The notes beneath the pieces are model-generated. The model was not told where the DNA came from, searched no databases, and worked only from the letters and a program-made list of their open reading frames with translations. Both the position numbers and the translations under genes were made by a program. Below are positions 15,536 through 24,911 of a stretch of 62,680 nucleotides of DNA, piece after piece. Positions within the stretch are counted from its first letter, which is position 1, and the number at the start of each line of letters is the position of its first letter. The stretch spans positions 1 through 62,680 of the IMG/VR virus record IMGVR_UViG_3300050019_000092. One strand, written 5' to 3'. Source of the DNA: a virus.

Positions 15536-16095
15536 CCATGGCAAACGAAAAACAGATCGCGGCGCAGTCTCTCCAAAACTTCATCAAAATGTTCAAGCCG
15601 TTGCTGGCTATTGTCGATGATTTGAACGAACTAGGATCGACCGAGCAGGCAATCCCCGAGGCCAAGGTTCGCCTTGATGCAATCCGAGCGGAAGAGGCAA
15701 CGTCAAAGACAAAATTGGAGGAGGTCAAAGCCGAAGTCGCCTCATCGAGCGAGAAACTCGCAAATTTGGACTCTGATCGGGCTGCTGCTCGCAGCAAGAT
15801 TGAGGCCGAAATGTCCGCTGCGTTGAAGGCGGCAAACACTGAAGTGGCGGCCAAATCAGCCGCCCTTCTGGCGCAGGCCGAGGATAAGGCAGCGGCGATA
15901 ATCGCTCGGGCCGAGGGCAGTGCCGACAAACTCACGGTCGGTGCAAAACAGAAACTTGCGGCCTTGCAGGCAGATATCTCGGCTGCCACTACCAATCTTG
16001 CTGATCTGCAGGCGAAGATTGACGCCGGCAATGCTTCGGTGGCCGGGCTTACCGACAGGTTTTCGCGCGCCATGAGCAAACAAACCGGCAGATAA
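15532..16095 (+). CDS. Hypothetical coiled-coil protein (187 aa)
   Basis: The sequence is A/E/K-rich and heptad-like throughout. Confidence 0.6.
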   Translation: MTMANEKQIAAQSLQNFIKMFKPLLAIVDDLNELGSTEQAIPEAKVRLDAIRAEEATSKTKLEEVKAEVASSSEKLANLDSDRAAARSKIEAEMSAALKAANTEVAAKSAALLAQAEDKAAAIIARAEGSADKLTVGAKQKLAALQADISAATTNLADLQAKIDAGNASVAGLTDRFSRAMSKQTGR

Positions 16096-16138
16096 GCATA
16101 GCAGATAACTAGGCGGCCAGTTCCGCGGTGCAATATCA

Positions 16139-16726
16139 ATGAATGGACTTCATCTCACGGACCCTGTTCTTAGCGAGCGCGCTAAGTATGACGAGATATG
16201 GGGGCACGAGGAGTACCACAAATTCTCTCCCGGCCTAGAGAATGTAGAGCGGTTCATCGGTGTGATGGAGCCTGTCGCAGGTTCATCGTTGATCGATATT
16301 GGATGCGGAGCCGGTGTCGCCGGCATCCAGTTTGAGCGCGTCGGATTCAGGGTCACATATCTGGATTTGAGCGACGCTGGCCTAGATCCGAAGGTCAACC
16401 GCAAGCATTTTATTCAACACGAGTTGTGGAGCGATAAATGGCCGCTGCACAACAAGCGCGGCTGGGACTATGGATTTTGTTGCGACGTGATGGAGCATCT
16501 ACCAACAGAGTACACGATGCTCTCGCTTGATCGAATCATCAAGGCGTGTCGCGTGTCGTGGTTTCAGATTGCTCACTGTCACGACACTTACGGACAGTTG
16601 ATAGGATCTCCATTGCATTTGACTGTGCAGCCGTTCGCGTGGTGGCGCGACAGGATCGCCGCCCTAGGAAATCTCGTGGAGGCCCGCGACCTGTGTGGCT
16701 CCGGATTGTTCGTGGTGCAGCGATGA
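16139..16726 (+). CDS. Class I SAM-dependent methyltransferase
   Basis: Carries motif I LIDIGCGAGVAG, motif II YLDLS and FCCDVMEHLP. Confidence 0.8.
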   Translation: MNGLHLTDPVLSERAKYDEIWGHEEYHKFSPGLENVERFIGVMEPVAGSSLIDIGCGAGVAGIQFERVGFRVTYLDLSDAGLDPKVNRKHFIQHELWSDKWPLHNKRGWDYGFCCDVMEHLPTEYTMLSLDRIIKACRVSWFQIAHCHDTYGQLIGSPLHLTVQPFAWWRDRIAALGNLVEARDLCGSGLFVVQR

Positions 16727-17601
16727 GTGAAGCACAGGTTCTTGATCCGAAAAGAGTCCGGGAAATTGAATTCTCTCCAGACTGTCGTGTGAACGTCAGT
16801 GACGAACAACTGCTGAAGCAGGTCTCTGAGAATATCCGCCGCGGCTTGCCGCAGGCAATGCCTTATCAACCAAACCCTGATACCGCGATTATTGTTGCTG
16901 GGGGGCCGTCGCTGAAAACGACGGAGAAGGACTTACTCGAAGCAATCTGGAAGGGTGGCAAGGTTGTCGCCGTCAATGGTGCCTATCAATGGTGTCTTGA
17001 CCGAAACATTCGTCCGGTCGCCGCCGTTGTCATGGACGCACGCGAGTTCAACTCCCGTTTCGTTGAAACGCCGGTTTATGATTGCCATTACCTGCTGGCG
17101 TCGCAATGCCATCCCAAGACCTTTGAGATGTGCCGCGACCGCAATGTGACAATTTGGCACGCGCTCAGTGCCGGTGATGCTGAGATAAAACTTCTTGAGG
17201 ATTACTATTTCAAGCGAGTTAACCCGATCACCATTGGCGTGACGGTGACGATGCGCGCGATCTCGCTGATGCGTATGCTTGGTTTCATGCGCATGGAGAT
17301 ATTCGGACTCGACTCGTGTTGGTCGGGTGCTGATCACCATGCCTACGAGCAGAAGGAAAACAACGGCGAGAAAACGATGTCGGTCTGGGTCAGGCCGCAG
17401 GGCCGCGATGATCTTGCCCAACGGTTCATCTGCTCTGTGTGGCAGGCAAAGCAGGCGGAAGACTTTATGCAGCTCATCAAAGAGCGTGGTGAAATGTTTC
17501 AACTCAACGTCCACGGTCCAGGGTTGATCGCCACTATGATCAGGACTGGCGCCGAACTTGAAATAGAAGACGAATCTCAACTCAAAGCAACGGAGAACTA
17601 A
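16723..17601 (+). CDS. DUF115 / MptE-like (Maf-type) putative glycosyltransferase
   Basis: Pattern is IVAGGPSL...VVAVNGAY...RPVAAVVMD...GVTVTMRAISL...IFGLD. ATGA overlap with the methyltransferase gene. Confidence 0.6.
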   Translation: MSEAQVLDPKRVREIEFSPDCRVNVSDEQLLKQVSENIRRGLPQAMPYQPNPDTAIIVAGGPSLKTTEKDLLEAIWKGGKVVAVNGAYQWCLDRNIRPVAAVVMDAREFNSRFVETPVYDCHYLLASQCHPKTFEMCRDRNVTIWHALSAGDAEIKLLEDYYFKRVNPITIGVTVTMRAISLMRMLGFMRMEIFGLDSCWSGADHHAYEQKENNGEKTMSVWVRPQGRDDLAQRFICSVWQAKQAEDFMQLIKERGEMFQLNVHGPGLIATMIRTGAELEIEDESQLKATEN

Positions 17602-17602
17602 A

Positions 17603-18055
17603 ATGGCGGTTGGTGCATGGACGTTTTATAACAAGTTCAAGCGTAATCTTGGACAAGCGTTCCCGATCAATCTCGGGACCGGCAACTTTCGCCTTGCCCT
17701 ATTCACGTCGGCGTCGAACGCGGCTACCGCGACGTTGTCGATCATATCGAGCGTCACCAGCGAGGTGACTGAGGCAAATGGTTACTCGTCCTCGGGCAAG
17801 GCTTTGGGCTCGAAGACATGGACTGCCGGCGCCTCGGCCGGGCAAATGCGCTTCAACGCGGCGGCGACCGTGTGGACCGGCACAGGCGGCACCATCTCAA
17901 ACATCAAGTTTGCGGTGATCTGGGCGTCTGGTGCGTCGGCCATCGCGCGCAAGTTGGTCTGCTACAGCCAGCTTAGTACGGCGCAGTTCAACCTGACCAT
18001 CAACAACACGTTGACGATCACGCCAGCGGCGACTGGCATATTCAACCTGGCGTAA
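17603..18055 (+). CDS. Hypothetical conserved phage protein (150 aa)
   Basis: ORF track entry, S/T/A-rich and beta-like. Confidence 0.6.
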   Translation: MAVGAWTFYNKFKRNLGQAFPINLGTGNFRLALFTSASNAATATLSIISSVTSEVTEANGYSSSGKALGSKTWTAGASAGQMRFNAAATVWTGTGGTISNIKFAVIWASGASAIARKLVCYSQLSTAQFNLTINNTLTITPAATGIFNLA

Positions 18056-18230
18056 TGTGATGGAAAAAGAAAAAGAGACGACCAGAGAAGTGAAGCATGA
18101 TGCAAGAGTGCTGACCTTTTCTTCTGATCCTCCGAAATTGTTGAAGGGGGTCGTGCTGAGACCAGCAACGGCTGATCTTGCAAATAAATAACGTGGGCGT
18201 GACTTCACTACGCGCGGGCATGGTTTCCCA

Positions 18231-21059
18231 ATGACCACCATCTACCTAGTCGGCAATGGTGCCGGATCATTCACTCCTATAAGCACTGTTACGGCGAAGA
18301 TAGAATGTTGGGGCGGTGGTGCGTCTGGTAATGAGACTACCGGCGCTGGCGGCAATGGTGCCGGATACGCGGCAAAGAATAGTTTTTCTTTTACTGCTTT
18401 AACTCCGGTTCCGTTCAGCCTTGGCGCTCCCGGTTTAGGACAAAGCGGCGGCGTTTCTAATCCAGGTAGCGATACTTGGTTCAGCACAACCGCTACCGTC
18501 ATTGCGAACGGTGGCGGTTCCGCGACAACACGCATTGGTGATCTGACAAACGCAGGGGGAGTAGGGGGAACTAGTGGCAGCGCAAGTTGCGGCGGCGGTG
18601 GTGGCGCAGGCGGACCCGATGGTGCGGGGCAAAACGGCGGCAATGGTGCCGCGAGTGGTACGAATGCAGGTGGCGGCGGTGGTGGAGCGGACGGCGGAAC
18701 CCCTGGCACAACAGCCACATCGGCCACTCCTGGTCCCGGCGGAAATAACTTTGCGGGCACAGGTGGGGGCGCGGCAAGTACGGCTGGAACTTTAGGCGGC
18801 GGCGGCGGCGGCGCGCTTGCTGCAACTGCTGCTGGTAATGGTGGCGATGATTACGATCATGGTGGTGGTGGCGCGGGTGGTTATGGTAATGGCACTTCTA
18901 AGGGTGGGACGCCGGGTGGTGGCGGCTCTGACCAGAACATATCATCTTCTGGTGGTTGGTCGGTTATTAAGATCACGTACACAGGGTCCGATCCCGATCA
19001 ACTTTATATTCTAGGTTCAATTACTGTCGTCGATATTCCTTCTACCTGGACGGCAAATGCGATTGCTGAGGCATGGGGCGGCGGTGGCAATGGCGGCAAC
19101 GGTGCAACAACAGGCAGCGGTGGTTCCGGTGCTGGTGGCGGCTACGCAAAGAAGAATGTCCTAACCGTCACGGCTGGTGGCACTCTAACGGTTGCTGTAG
19201 GGGCGCAGGGCGCACAGAGCAATGTAGGCGCATCACCGATAGCCAAAGGTGGAGGAAACGGCGGGACAGGCCCAAGTGGAACGGCGGGCGCAGTTGGCGC
19301 GGCTGGAACCGGTGATGTTGTAAATAACGGAAAAGCCGGTCTTGTCGGTAGTACAGTTACTCATAATGCTGCCGGTGGTACATCGGCAGCCACAGTCGTC
19401 GCGGCGGCGGTTCAAGGTACAGCAAACTCGGTATCCTCGACAGGTGCGGCAGGCGGCAGCGCAAATACTGGCGGTGCAGGTGGTACTGGAACGGTAGGCG
19501 CTGGTAATCCAGGCGTATCGGATAGCCGGGGTGGTGGCGGTGGTGCAGGCGGCGGCATCAGTGTAAGCGGTGCGAACGGTGGCGCGGGTGGGTGGCCTGG
19601 TGGCGGTGGCGGTGGCGCTGGTACTGACACATCGAGCGCTGCATCGGGCGGCGGCGGAGCCGCAGGTTTAATTGTTCTCACAAAGATAGCTACTGGGATC
19701 AATATAGTTCCAACCGTAGGCTCTCTTTCGCTATCCGTAACGACTCCGGCGGTTCTGAAAAATGTAATCGAGTTGCCAGCGGCGGCCTCCTTATCGCTTT
19801 CAGGAAGTACTCCGGTCGCTAGCGTCAGTTTCTATCTTGTTGCTGCGGCTTCTTCTCTCACTCTGTCTCAGCCGCCGCCGACGGCAGTTCAAAATAGTCC
19901 GCTTGTATCGAGTTCGGCTAATCTAGTTCTATCGAGTGCTGCGCCTGCTAGCGTTCAGGGTTCGCTTCCTGCCCCAGCCGCCACCTCGCTGTCTTTGTCG
20001 GCATCAACGCCAACGGTGGCACAGAGTCTATCGCTGGCGCCTGCCGCCGCGCCACTGTCACTCTCGACCGCCGCACCGTCGCTAACGTTCTCTTTCGTCT
20101 ATGTTCCGTCAGTCGCTGGTCTGGCACTCTCGGGCACGTTTCCGATCCAAGACGAGAATTTCGTCCTATCTCCGAGTGCCGCTAGTCTGGCCTTGGCGTC
20201 TGCTGCCCCTGCGGCAATTCAGAACAAAATTGCGGTCCCAACTGCAGGATCGCTTTCGCTCACCGGAACTACACCGACTGTCTCACTGACGGATTTGTTG
20301 TCGCCGACAGTGGTGAGCCTCTCGCTTGCGACTGCTGCTCCAACGGCTGTTCAGAACACACTAGAGACTCCATCCGTTGCTTCGCTGGCGCTAACGACTG
20401 CGTCTCCTAGTTCAGTTCAAGGCTTTCTGAGCGCACCAGCCGCTGCCAGCCTATCGTTATCGACTACCGCGCCATCACTGAAATTTGCTTTCGTTTACGT
20501 TCCTGCCGTCGCCAGCTTGTCGTTGTCGGGAACATTCCCGATTCAAGACGAAAACTTTGTTCTGTCTCCGAGCGCAGCGGCGCTGACGTTAACCACAGCC
20601 AATCCGAGCGACGTTCAAAACGCCGCCAAGATTCCGACCGTTGGGTCACTTGCATTGTCGGCCATCGCACCGACGAGTGTGCAGGCAATTCTTGAAGTTC
20701 CATCAGCAGCCAGTTTGGCGCTGACTAGCACCACACCGTTGTTGGAGTTCTTAGTCTCGCCAGCCGTCGCCGCCCTATCTCTGACGGCGGCGGGTCCGCG
20801 TTTAGTTCAAGACCTACGCAAGGCGCCGACCGCAGGCTCTCTTGCCTTGGCTAATGATGCCCCGGCTCTCGCTGGACAGTTAACCCCCGCATCGGCTGTC
20901 CTATCGTTGACTTCTGCTGCTCCTGCGGTAGTGGTAAGCGACCAGCCTAGTTCCGGCTCGCTAAGTCTAACTTCCGATGCTCCAATACTATCCGTATCTA
21001 GCGGGCTGCAATCTTCTTCTGATTGGATCGTCCGTGCCCGCCGGCGCGGCAGGCGCTAG
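18231..21059 (+). CDS. Glycine-rich, repeat-containing large protein (942 aa); candidate fibre or surface protein
   Basis: Two copies of a WGGG...GGNGAGYA(K)KN glycine-rich module are followed by about 20 tandem units of roughly 21 aa. Confidence 0.75.
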   Translation: MTTIYLVGNGAGSFTPISTVTAKIECWGGGASGNETTGAGGNGAGYAAKNSFSFTALTPVPFSLGAPGLGQSGGVSNPGSDTWFSTTATVIANGGGSATTRIGDLTNAGGVGGTSGSASCGGGGGAGGPDGAGQNGGNGAASGTNAGGGGGGADGGTPGTTATSATPGPGGNNFAGTGGGAASTAGTLGGGGGGALAATAAGNGGDDYDHGGGGAGGYGNGTSKGGTPGGGGSDQNISSSGGWSVIKITYTGSDPDQLYILGSITVVDIPSTWTANAIAEAWGGGGNGGNGATTGSGGSGAGGGYAKKNVLTVTAGGTLTVAVGAQGAQSNVGASPIAKGGGNGGTGPSGTAGAVGAAGTGDVVNNGKAGLVGSTVTHNAAGGTSAATVVAAAVQGTANSVSSTGAAGGSANTGGAGGTGTVGAGNPGVSDSRGGGGGAGGGISVSGANGGAGGWPGGGGGGAGTDTSSAASGGGGAAGLIVLTKIATGINIVPTVGSLSLSVTTPAVLKNVIELPAAASLSLSGSTPVASVSFYLVAAASSLTLSQPPPTAVQNSPLVSSSANLVLSSAAPASVQGSLPAPAATSLSLSASTPTVAQSLSLAPAAAPLSLSTAAPSLTFSFVYVPSVAGLALSGTFPIQDENFVLSPSAASLALASAAPAAIQNKIAVPTAGSLSLTGTTPTVSLTDLLSPTVVSLSLATAAPTAVQNTLETPSVASLALTTASPSSVQGFLSAPAAASLSLSTTAPSLKFAFVYVPAVASLSLSGTFPIQDENFVLSPSAAALTLTTANPSDVQNAAKIPTVGSLALSAIAPTSVQAILEVPSAASLALTSTTPLLEFLVSPAVAALSLTAAGPRLVQDLRKAPTAGSLALANDAPALAGQLTPASAVLSLTSAAPAVVVSDQPSSGSLSLTSDAPILSVSSGLQSSSDWIVRARRRGRR
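19710..21000 (+). repeat. In-frame tandem repeats (about 60-66 nt units, consensus P..(A/G)SL(S/A)L(S/T)...P) with a higher-order duplication (about 20038-20283 vs 20434-20690)
   Basis: Read from the translation. GTFPIQDENFVLSPSAA occurs twice. Confidence 0.8.
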
Positions 21060-21070
21060 TATCGATCGAG

Positions 21071-21340
21071 ATGGTGCGGTATAGGAATCACATGGGCGTT
21101 AGGGAATTACGCGAAGCTTTCAACTCAGCCGCTGACGGCCAGTTCACCTGTATGATGGCGACTCTCGGCTATGAGCAGGCAGACAATGTAGAATGGCAAA
21201 GGCTGACATTTTCTGGTATCGGTGCTGACGGGACGCCTTTTCAGGTGTTATCGGCGCGGTTGAAGGCCGGGACCAATGTGCTGCAAGCGGCGCGCGAAAC
21301 AGCGCTAGCTCTTGCCGATCAAGGGAAACACACGCCATGA
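21071..21340 (+). CDS. Hypothetical protein (89 aa)
   Basis: Internal ATG of ORF 21023..21340. Confidence 0.5.
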   Translation: MVRYRNHMGVRELREAFNSAADGQFTCMMATLGYEQADNVEWQRLTFSGIGADGTPFQVLSARLKAGTNVLQAARETALALADQGKHTP

Positions 21341-21735
21341 AGATGATCAGATTCCTCGTCCTCGCTCTCGCCGTTTCTTTCTGCGCCAATACAGCGCTGG
21401 CCGAGGTGGGCTGCAATCAATCCCTTGTCTATGACGCCAGTTCGAGCGGTGCGGTTAAATTGCTTTCTGGCGTTTCGACGGCGAGAACCTTTATTTGTGG
21501 CTATAATATTTGGGGTGCTGGCACGACCACAGTGAAACTGGAATATGGCACCGGCACGGCCTGCGCCACAGGCGAGACGGCTCTCACGCCGGCTTTTTCG
21601 GTGACAGCGCAAAATGGCCCCTCGGATAGCTCGTGGGCATGGCGAGGACTAACGGCCCCGCCGGGTGCTGATCTCTGCATAAATATGGGCAGTGGCGTCG
21701 CGGTGCAGGCAATCATTTATTACACCCAACAGTAA
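21337..21735 (+). CDS. Hypothetical secreted protein (Sec signal peptide)
   Basis: The N-terminus MKMIRFLVLALAVSFCANTALA/EV has the n-h-c structure with an AxA site. Confidence 0.65.
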   Translation: MKMIRFLVLALAVSFCANTALAEVGCNQSLVYDASSSGAVKLLSGVSTARTFICGYNIWGAGTTTVKLEYGTGTACATGETALTPAFSVTAQNGPSDSSWAWRGLTAPPGADLCINMGSGVAVQAIIYYTQQ

Positions 21736-21745
21736 GAGGTTCAAG

Positions 21746-22216
21746 ATGGGACATGCGATGGCGACGATGCGCGAGATTGCCGAAGAAGAGTCTGGAATAT
21801 TGCCTGCTCCTCTACCGGGCGTCGGCTCGGCCGTTAGCTTCCGCCTGCGGGGCAGCGAGTGGCGCAATGGCCGCAATAGCTTTGCCGCTTTGGTGACGCG
21901 CACCGATCCGGAGACCGGCCTTATCGATATCGTCGTTGTGATGGATGCCGACGACTTCATGAGTCAAAAGAACGTTCCGCAGCGCCTCTCCGATGATGAT
22001 TGGGGCTGGGAGCCGGTCGCGGATGGTGCGGCAGCCGCAGTGGAGAAGTTGCGCGCCGATTTCGAGGCCTTTAAGGTTGAACTAGCGCAGGTCATTTTTG
22101 GCCAATTCCCGAAGGTGGACGAGTCGATTTACGATACGCTGCAGGAGCACGATAATCGGATTGGGTTGCTGGCTTCTGGCAACCCTTCGCGGCGGCGCGG
22201 TAAAGCGAAAGCCTAA
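21746..22216 (+). CDS. Hypothetical protein (156 aa)
   Basis: Internal ATG of ORF 21692..22216 with an AGAGG SD. Confidence 0.55.
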   Translation: MGHAMATMREIAEEESGILPAPLPGVGSAVSFRLRGSEWRNGRNSFAALVTRTDPETGLIDIVVVMDADDFMSQKNVPQRLSDDDWGWEPVADGAAAAVEKLRADFEAFKVELAQVIFGQFPKVDESIYDTLQEHDNRIGLLASGNPSRRRGKAKA

Positions 22217-22221
22217 TACCC

Positions 22222-24567
22222 ATGGCTCTCGGCACCACCGAGCAAATTGATACGCCTCCCGATGATGGTCTGACCATTGATGGGCAGGTGGGCTTGCCGG
22301 ATGACGCGCCGGCCAATGCGGTGCTTTCCATCAGCGCACTGCCGGTCGGCAAGCAGTTCGATGTGCTCAAAGCCCTGCATCGCGCAGATGCCGAGCATAC
22401 GAAGGATTGGCGGGCCCATGCCGAGGAGTGGTTCTTGTTCCGCGCTGGCGAGCAATGGACCGCGGAAGACCGCGCGCTTCTGAATAGCCAGCAACGCCCG
22501 CATATCGTTTTTAACCGCGTCCTGACCATCCTCAAGGCGGTGGCGGGCATGGAAATCAACGGGCGGCACGAGATTACTTTCATTCCCAGAGGTACGCAGG
22601 ACACCGCCGTTAATGAGGTGCTTTCCTCGGCCTCGAAATGGATGGCCGATGAGTGCGACGGCGAGGACGAGGAAAGTTCGGCGTTCGATGACACCTGCAC
22701 CTGCGGCATGGGCTGGGTCGAGAATCGGATGTCCTATGAGGACGATCCGGCCGGCCTCTACATCGAGGACTGCATCGATCCGCGCGAGATGTATTGGGAT
22801 CGGACATCATCCAAAAAGAACCTTTCTAATGCGCGCCGGCTCTCGCGCGTACGCCGCATGCCGCTCTCCGACGGGCTTGCTCTTTTCCCCGGCAAAACGG
22901 TGGAGCAACTGGACGCCACCTGGGCCGATCAGGGCGTCTCGGATTATCCGAAGAAGACGATCGAGGAAAAGCGCAAGCGCGATGCCGACAATTCGTCGAT
23001 GCAGGAATATGACGATCATTGCGAGGTGACTATCGTCCAGATGCAGTGGTTCGAGCGCGAGACCTATTGGATCGTCGCCGACGTGCAGACCAATACCAAG
23101 GCCGAGCTCTCGGACGCAGAATATCAGCGTTTTGTCTCGCGCATGAAGGTGCTCGGCATGCCGGTGCATGCCGCCAAGATGATGCGCAAGGTCTACAAGC
23201 AGGCTTGGCTCGGTGGGGAATTGCTCGAGAAGGCGGGACCGGCGCCGATCAAAGGGAAATTCTCTTGGGACTGCATCACCGGCGAATTCGACAAGGTCAA
23301 AAAGGAATGGTTTGGCCTCGTCAAGGTGATGCGCGATCCGCAGATGTGGGCGAACAAATGGCTGTCGCAGATCCTGCACATACTGAACACGACCGCGAAG
23401 GGTGGCATCCTGGCGGAGACCTCGGCATTCGATGATCAGCGTGAAGCCGAGGAGGGTTACGCTCGACCGGATACGGTGACTTGGCTCGCCGATGGTGCGC
23501 TTTCGGGCGACAAGCCGAAGCTGATGGCAAAGCCCGGCGCTGGCATGACCGAGGGCTATCTCGGGTTGATGACCTTTGCCATTTCGTCGATCAAGGACGT
23601 CACCGGTATCAATCTCGAATTGCTCGGGCAGCAGGACCAGAACCAGCCAGGCATTATCGAGGCCATGCGCAAGCAGGCCGGTATGACGGTGCTCGCCACG
23701 CTGTTCGATTCTTTGCGGCGCTTCCGTAAGAACGTTGGTCGTTCGCGATTGTATTTCATTCAGAACTTTCTCTCCGATGGTCGCCTGATACGGGTGGCGA
23801 AGCCTGACAATGTGCAGGCGGTCGCGCTGGCGAAGGAGAAAACAACCGGGCTCTATAGCGTGGTCGTGGATGATACGCCGACCTCGCCGAACCAGAAGGA
23901 GGCGAATTGGGCAATCATCCAGCCTCTGCTCGCGGTATTCAAAGACCAGCTTATGGCAAATCCGCAGGTGTTTGCGATGCTGCTAGAATACTCGCCGCTG
24001 CCCAATCGCATCGTTGAGGCGATCAAGGCGTTCATTACCAAGCAGCAGCAGGATCCCACGGCTATGCAAGATCAGCAGCTTATGAAGCATCTCACGGTGC
24101 AAAAGGCTGTTTCCGAAATCTCGAAGAACCAGTCGATTGCCGAGATGAATAACAAGAAGGCGGGCGCCACCGAGGCGACAGCCATGTACGACATTGCTCT
24201 GGCTCGCAAAATGCTGGCCGATAGCGACCACGCTGGCCTCGACCAGCATCTGAAATTGATGGAGGCGGCTGCCAATGCCAAGCAGGCGGCGGCTAATGCA
24301 GACAAGACGGTGGTGCAGACCCATCGCGAGGCCGCTGGCATTCAGAACGATCAACTCGAAACCCATGCCAAGGTCATCAGTGCCGCGACCGATGCGCATA
24401 AAACGGTCGCGGATAGTCATTCAGCGCGGATGGGTGCTTTGATCGATCATCTTGGCGCTGTGGGTGGTCTGCATCGTGATATGGCGGCTGCGCGCAAGGA
24501 CCATGCCGCGGCCGCCTTGACCGATCGCACGCCCGCACCGGCCCCGGCGGCTCCTGGTGGGCCGTGA
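22222..24567 (+). CDS. Portal protein
   Basis: Size is 781 aa. It has the hallmark FRAGEQWTAEDRALLNSQQRPHIVFNRV and a long helical C-terminal barrel-like tail. Confidence 0.85.
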   Translation: MALGTTEQIDTPPDDGLTIDGQVGLPDDAPANAVLSISALPVGKQFDVLKALHRADAEHTKDWRAHAEEWFLFRAGEQWTAEDRALLNSQQRPHIVFNRVLTILKAVAGMEINGRHEITFIPRGTQDTAVNEVLSSASKWMADECDGEDEESSAFDDTCTCGMGWVENRMSYEDDPAGLYIEDCIDPREMYWDRTSSKKNLSNARRLSRVRRMPLSDGLALFPGKTVEQLDATWADQGVSDYPKKTIEEKRKRDADNSSMQEYDDHCEVTIVQMQWFERETYWIVADVQTNTKAELSDAEYQRFVSRMKVLGMPVHAAKMMRKVYKQAWLGGELLEKAGPAPIKGKFSWDCITGEFDKVKKEWFGLVKVMRDPQMWANKWLSQILHILNTTAKGGILAETSAFDDQREAEEGYARPDTVTWLADGALSGDKPKLMAKPGAGMTEGYLGLMTFAISSIKDVTGINLELLGQQDQNQPGIIEAMRKQAGMTVLATLFDSLRRFRKNVGRSRLYFIQNFLSDGRLIRVAKPDNVQAVALAKEKTTGLYSVVVDDTPTSPNQKEANWAIIQPLLAVFKDQLMANPQVFAMLLEYSPLPNRIVEAIKAFITKQQQDPTAMQDQQLMKHLTVQKAVSEISKNQSIAEMNNKKAGATEATAMYDIALARKMLADSDHAGLDQHLKLMEAAANAKQAAANADKTVVQTHREAAGIQNDQLETHAKVISAATDAHKTVADSHSARMGALIDHLGAVGGLHRDMAAARKDHAAAALTDRTPAPAPAAPGGP

Positions 24568-24911
24568 TCCATGCTCGCCCGCAGTTGATGCGTCTGCTGC
24601 AGGGGCTATTCGAGACACACCTGCGCGGGCTATATCGCTGGGGAGAAGTCGAGTTTCATGTCTCCGAAGAGGCGGAAAAGTTACCCGGCAAGAGCCGAAA
24701 CGCTTTCGGAAAGTTCAAGGAGATAGTATCTATCCGCTTTGGCGATTATGACCTGACGGTCGAATCTCCGAATGAGCAACCGCCCCTCGGGCGCCTGACG
24801 CTGACCGGTCCGGCCGGGATGATCGAGGAGCATTCTCTGGATTCGTCTGTGATTGATCGAATTGGTAAGATGATCCGTTCCCAACAGGAGGAGTTGATTC
24901 CCAATGGCTAA
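24564..24911 (+). CDS. Hypothetical protein (115 aa)
   Basis: GTGA overlap with the portal stop. Confidence 0.55.
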   Translation: MIHARPQLMRLLQGLFETHLRGLYRWGEVEFHVSEEAEKLPGKSRNAFGKFKEIVSIRFGDYDLTVESPNEQPPLGRLTLTGPAGMIEEHSLDSSVIDRIGKMIRSQQEELIPNG

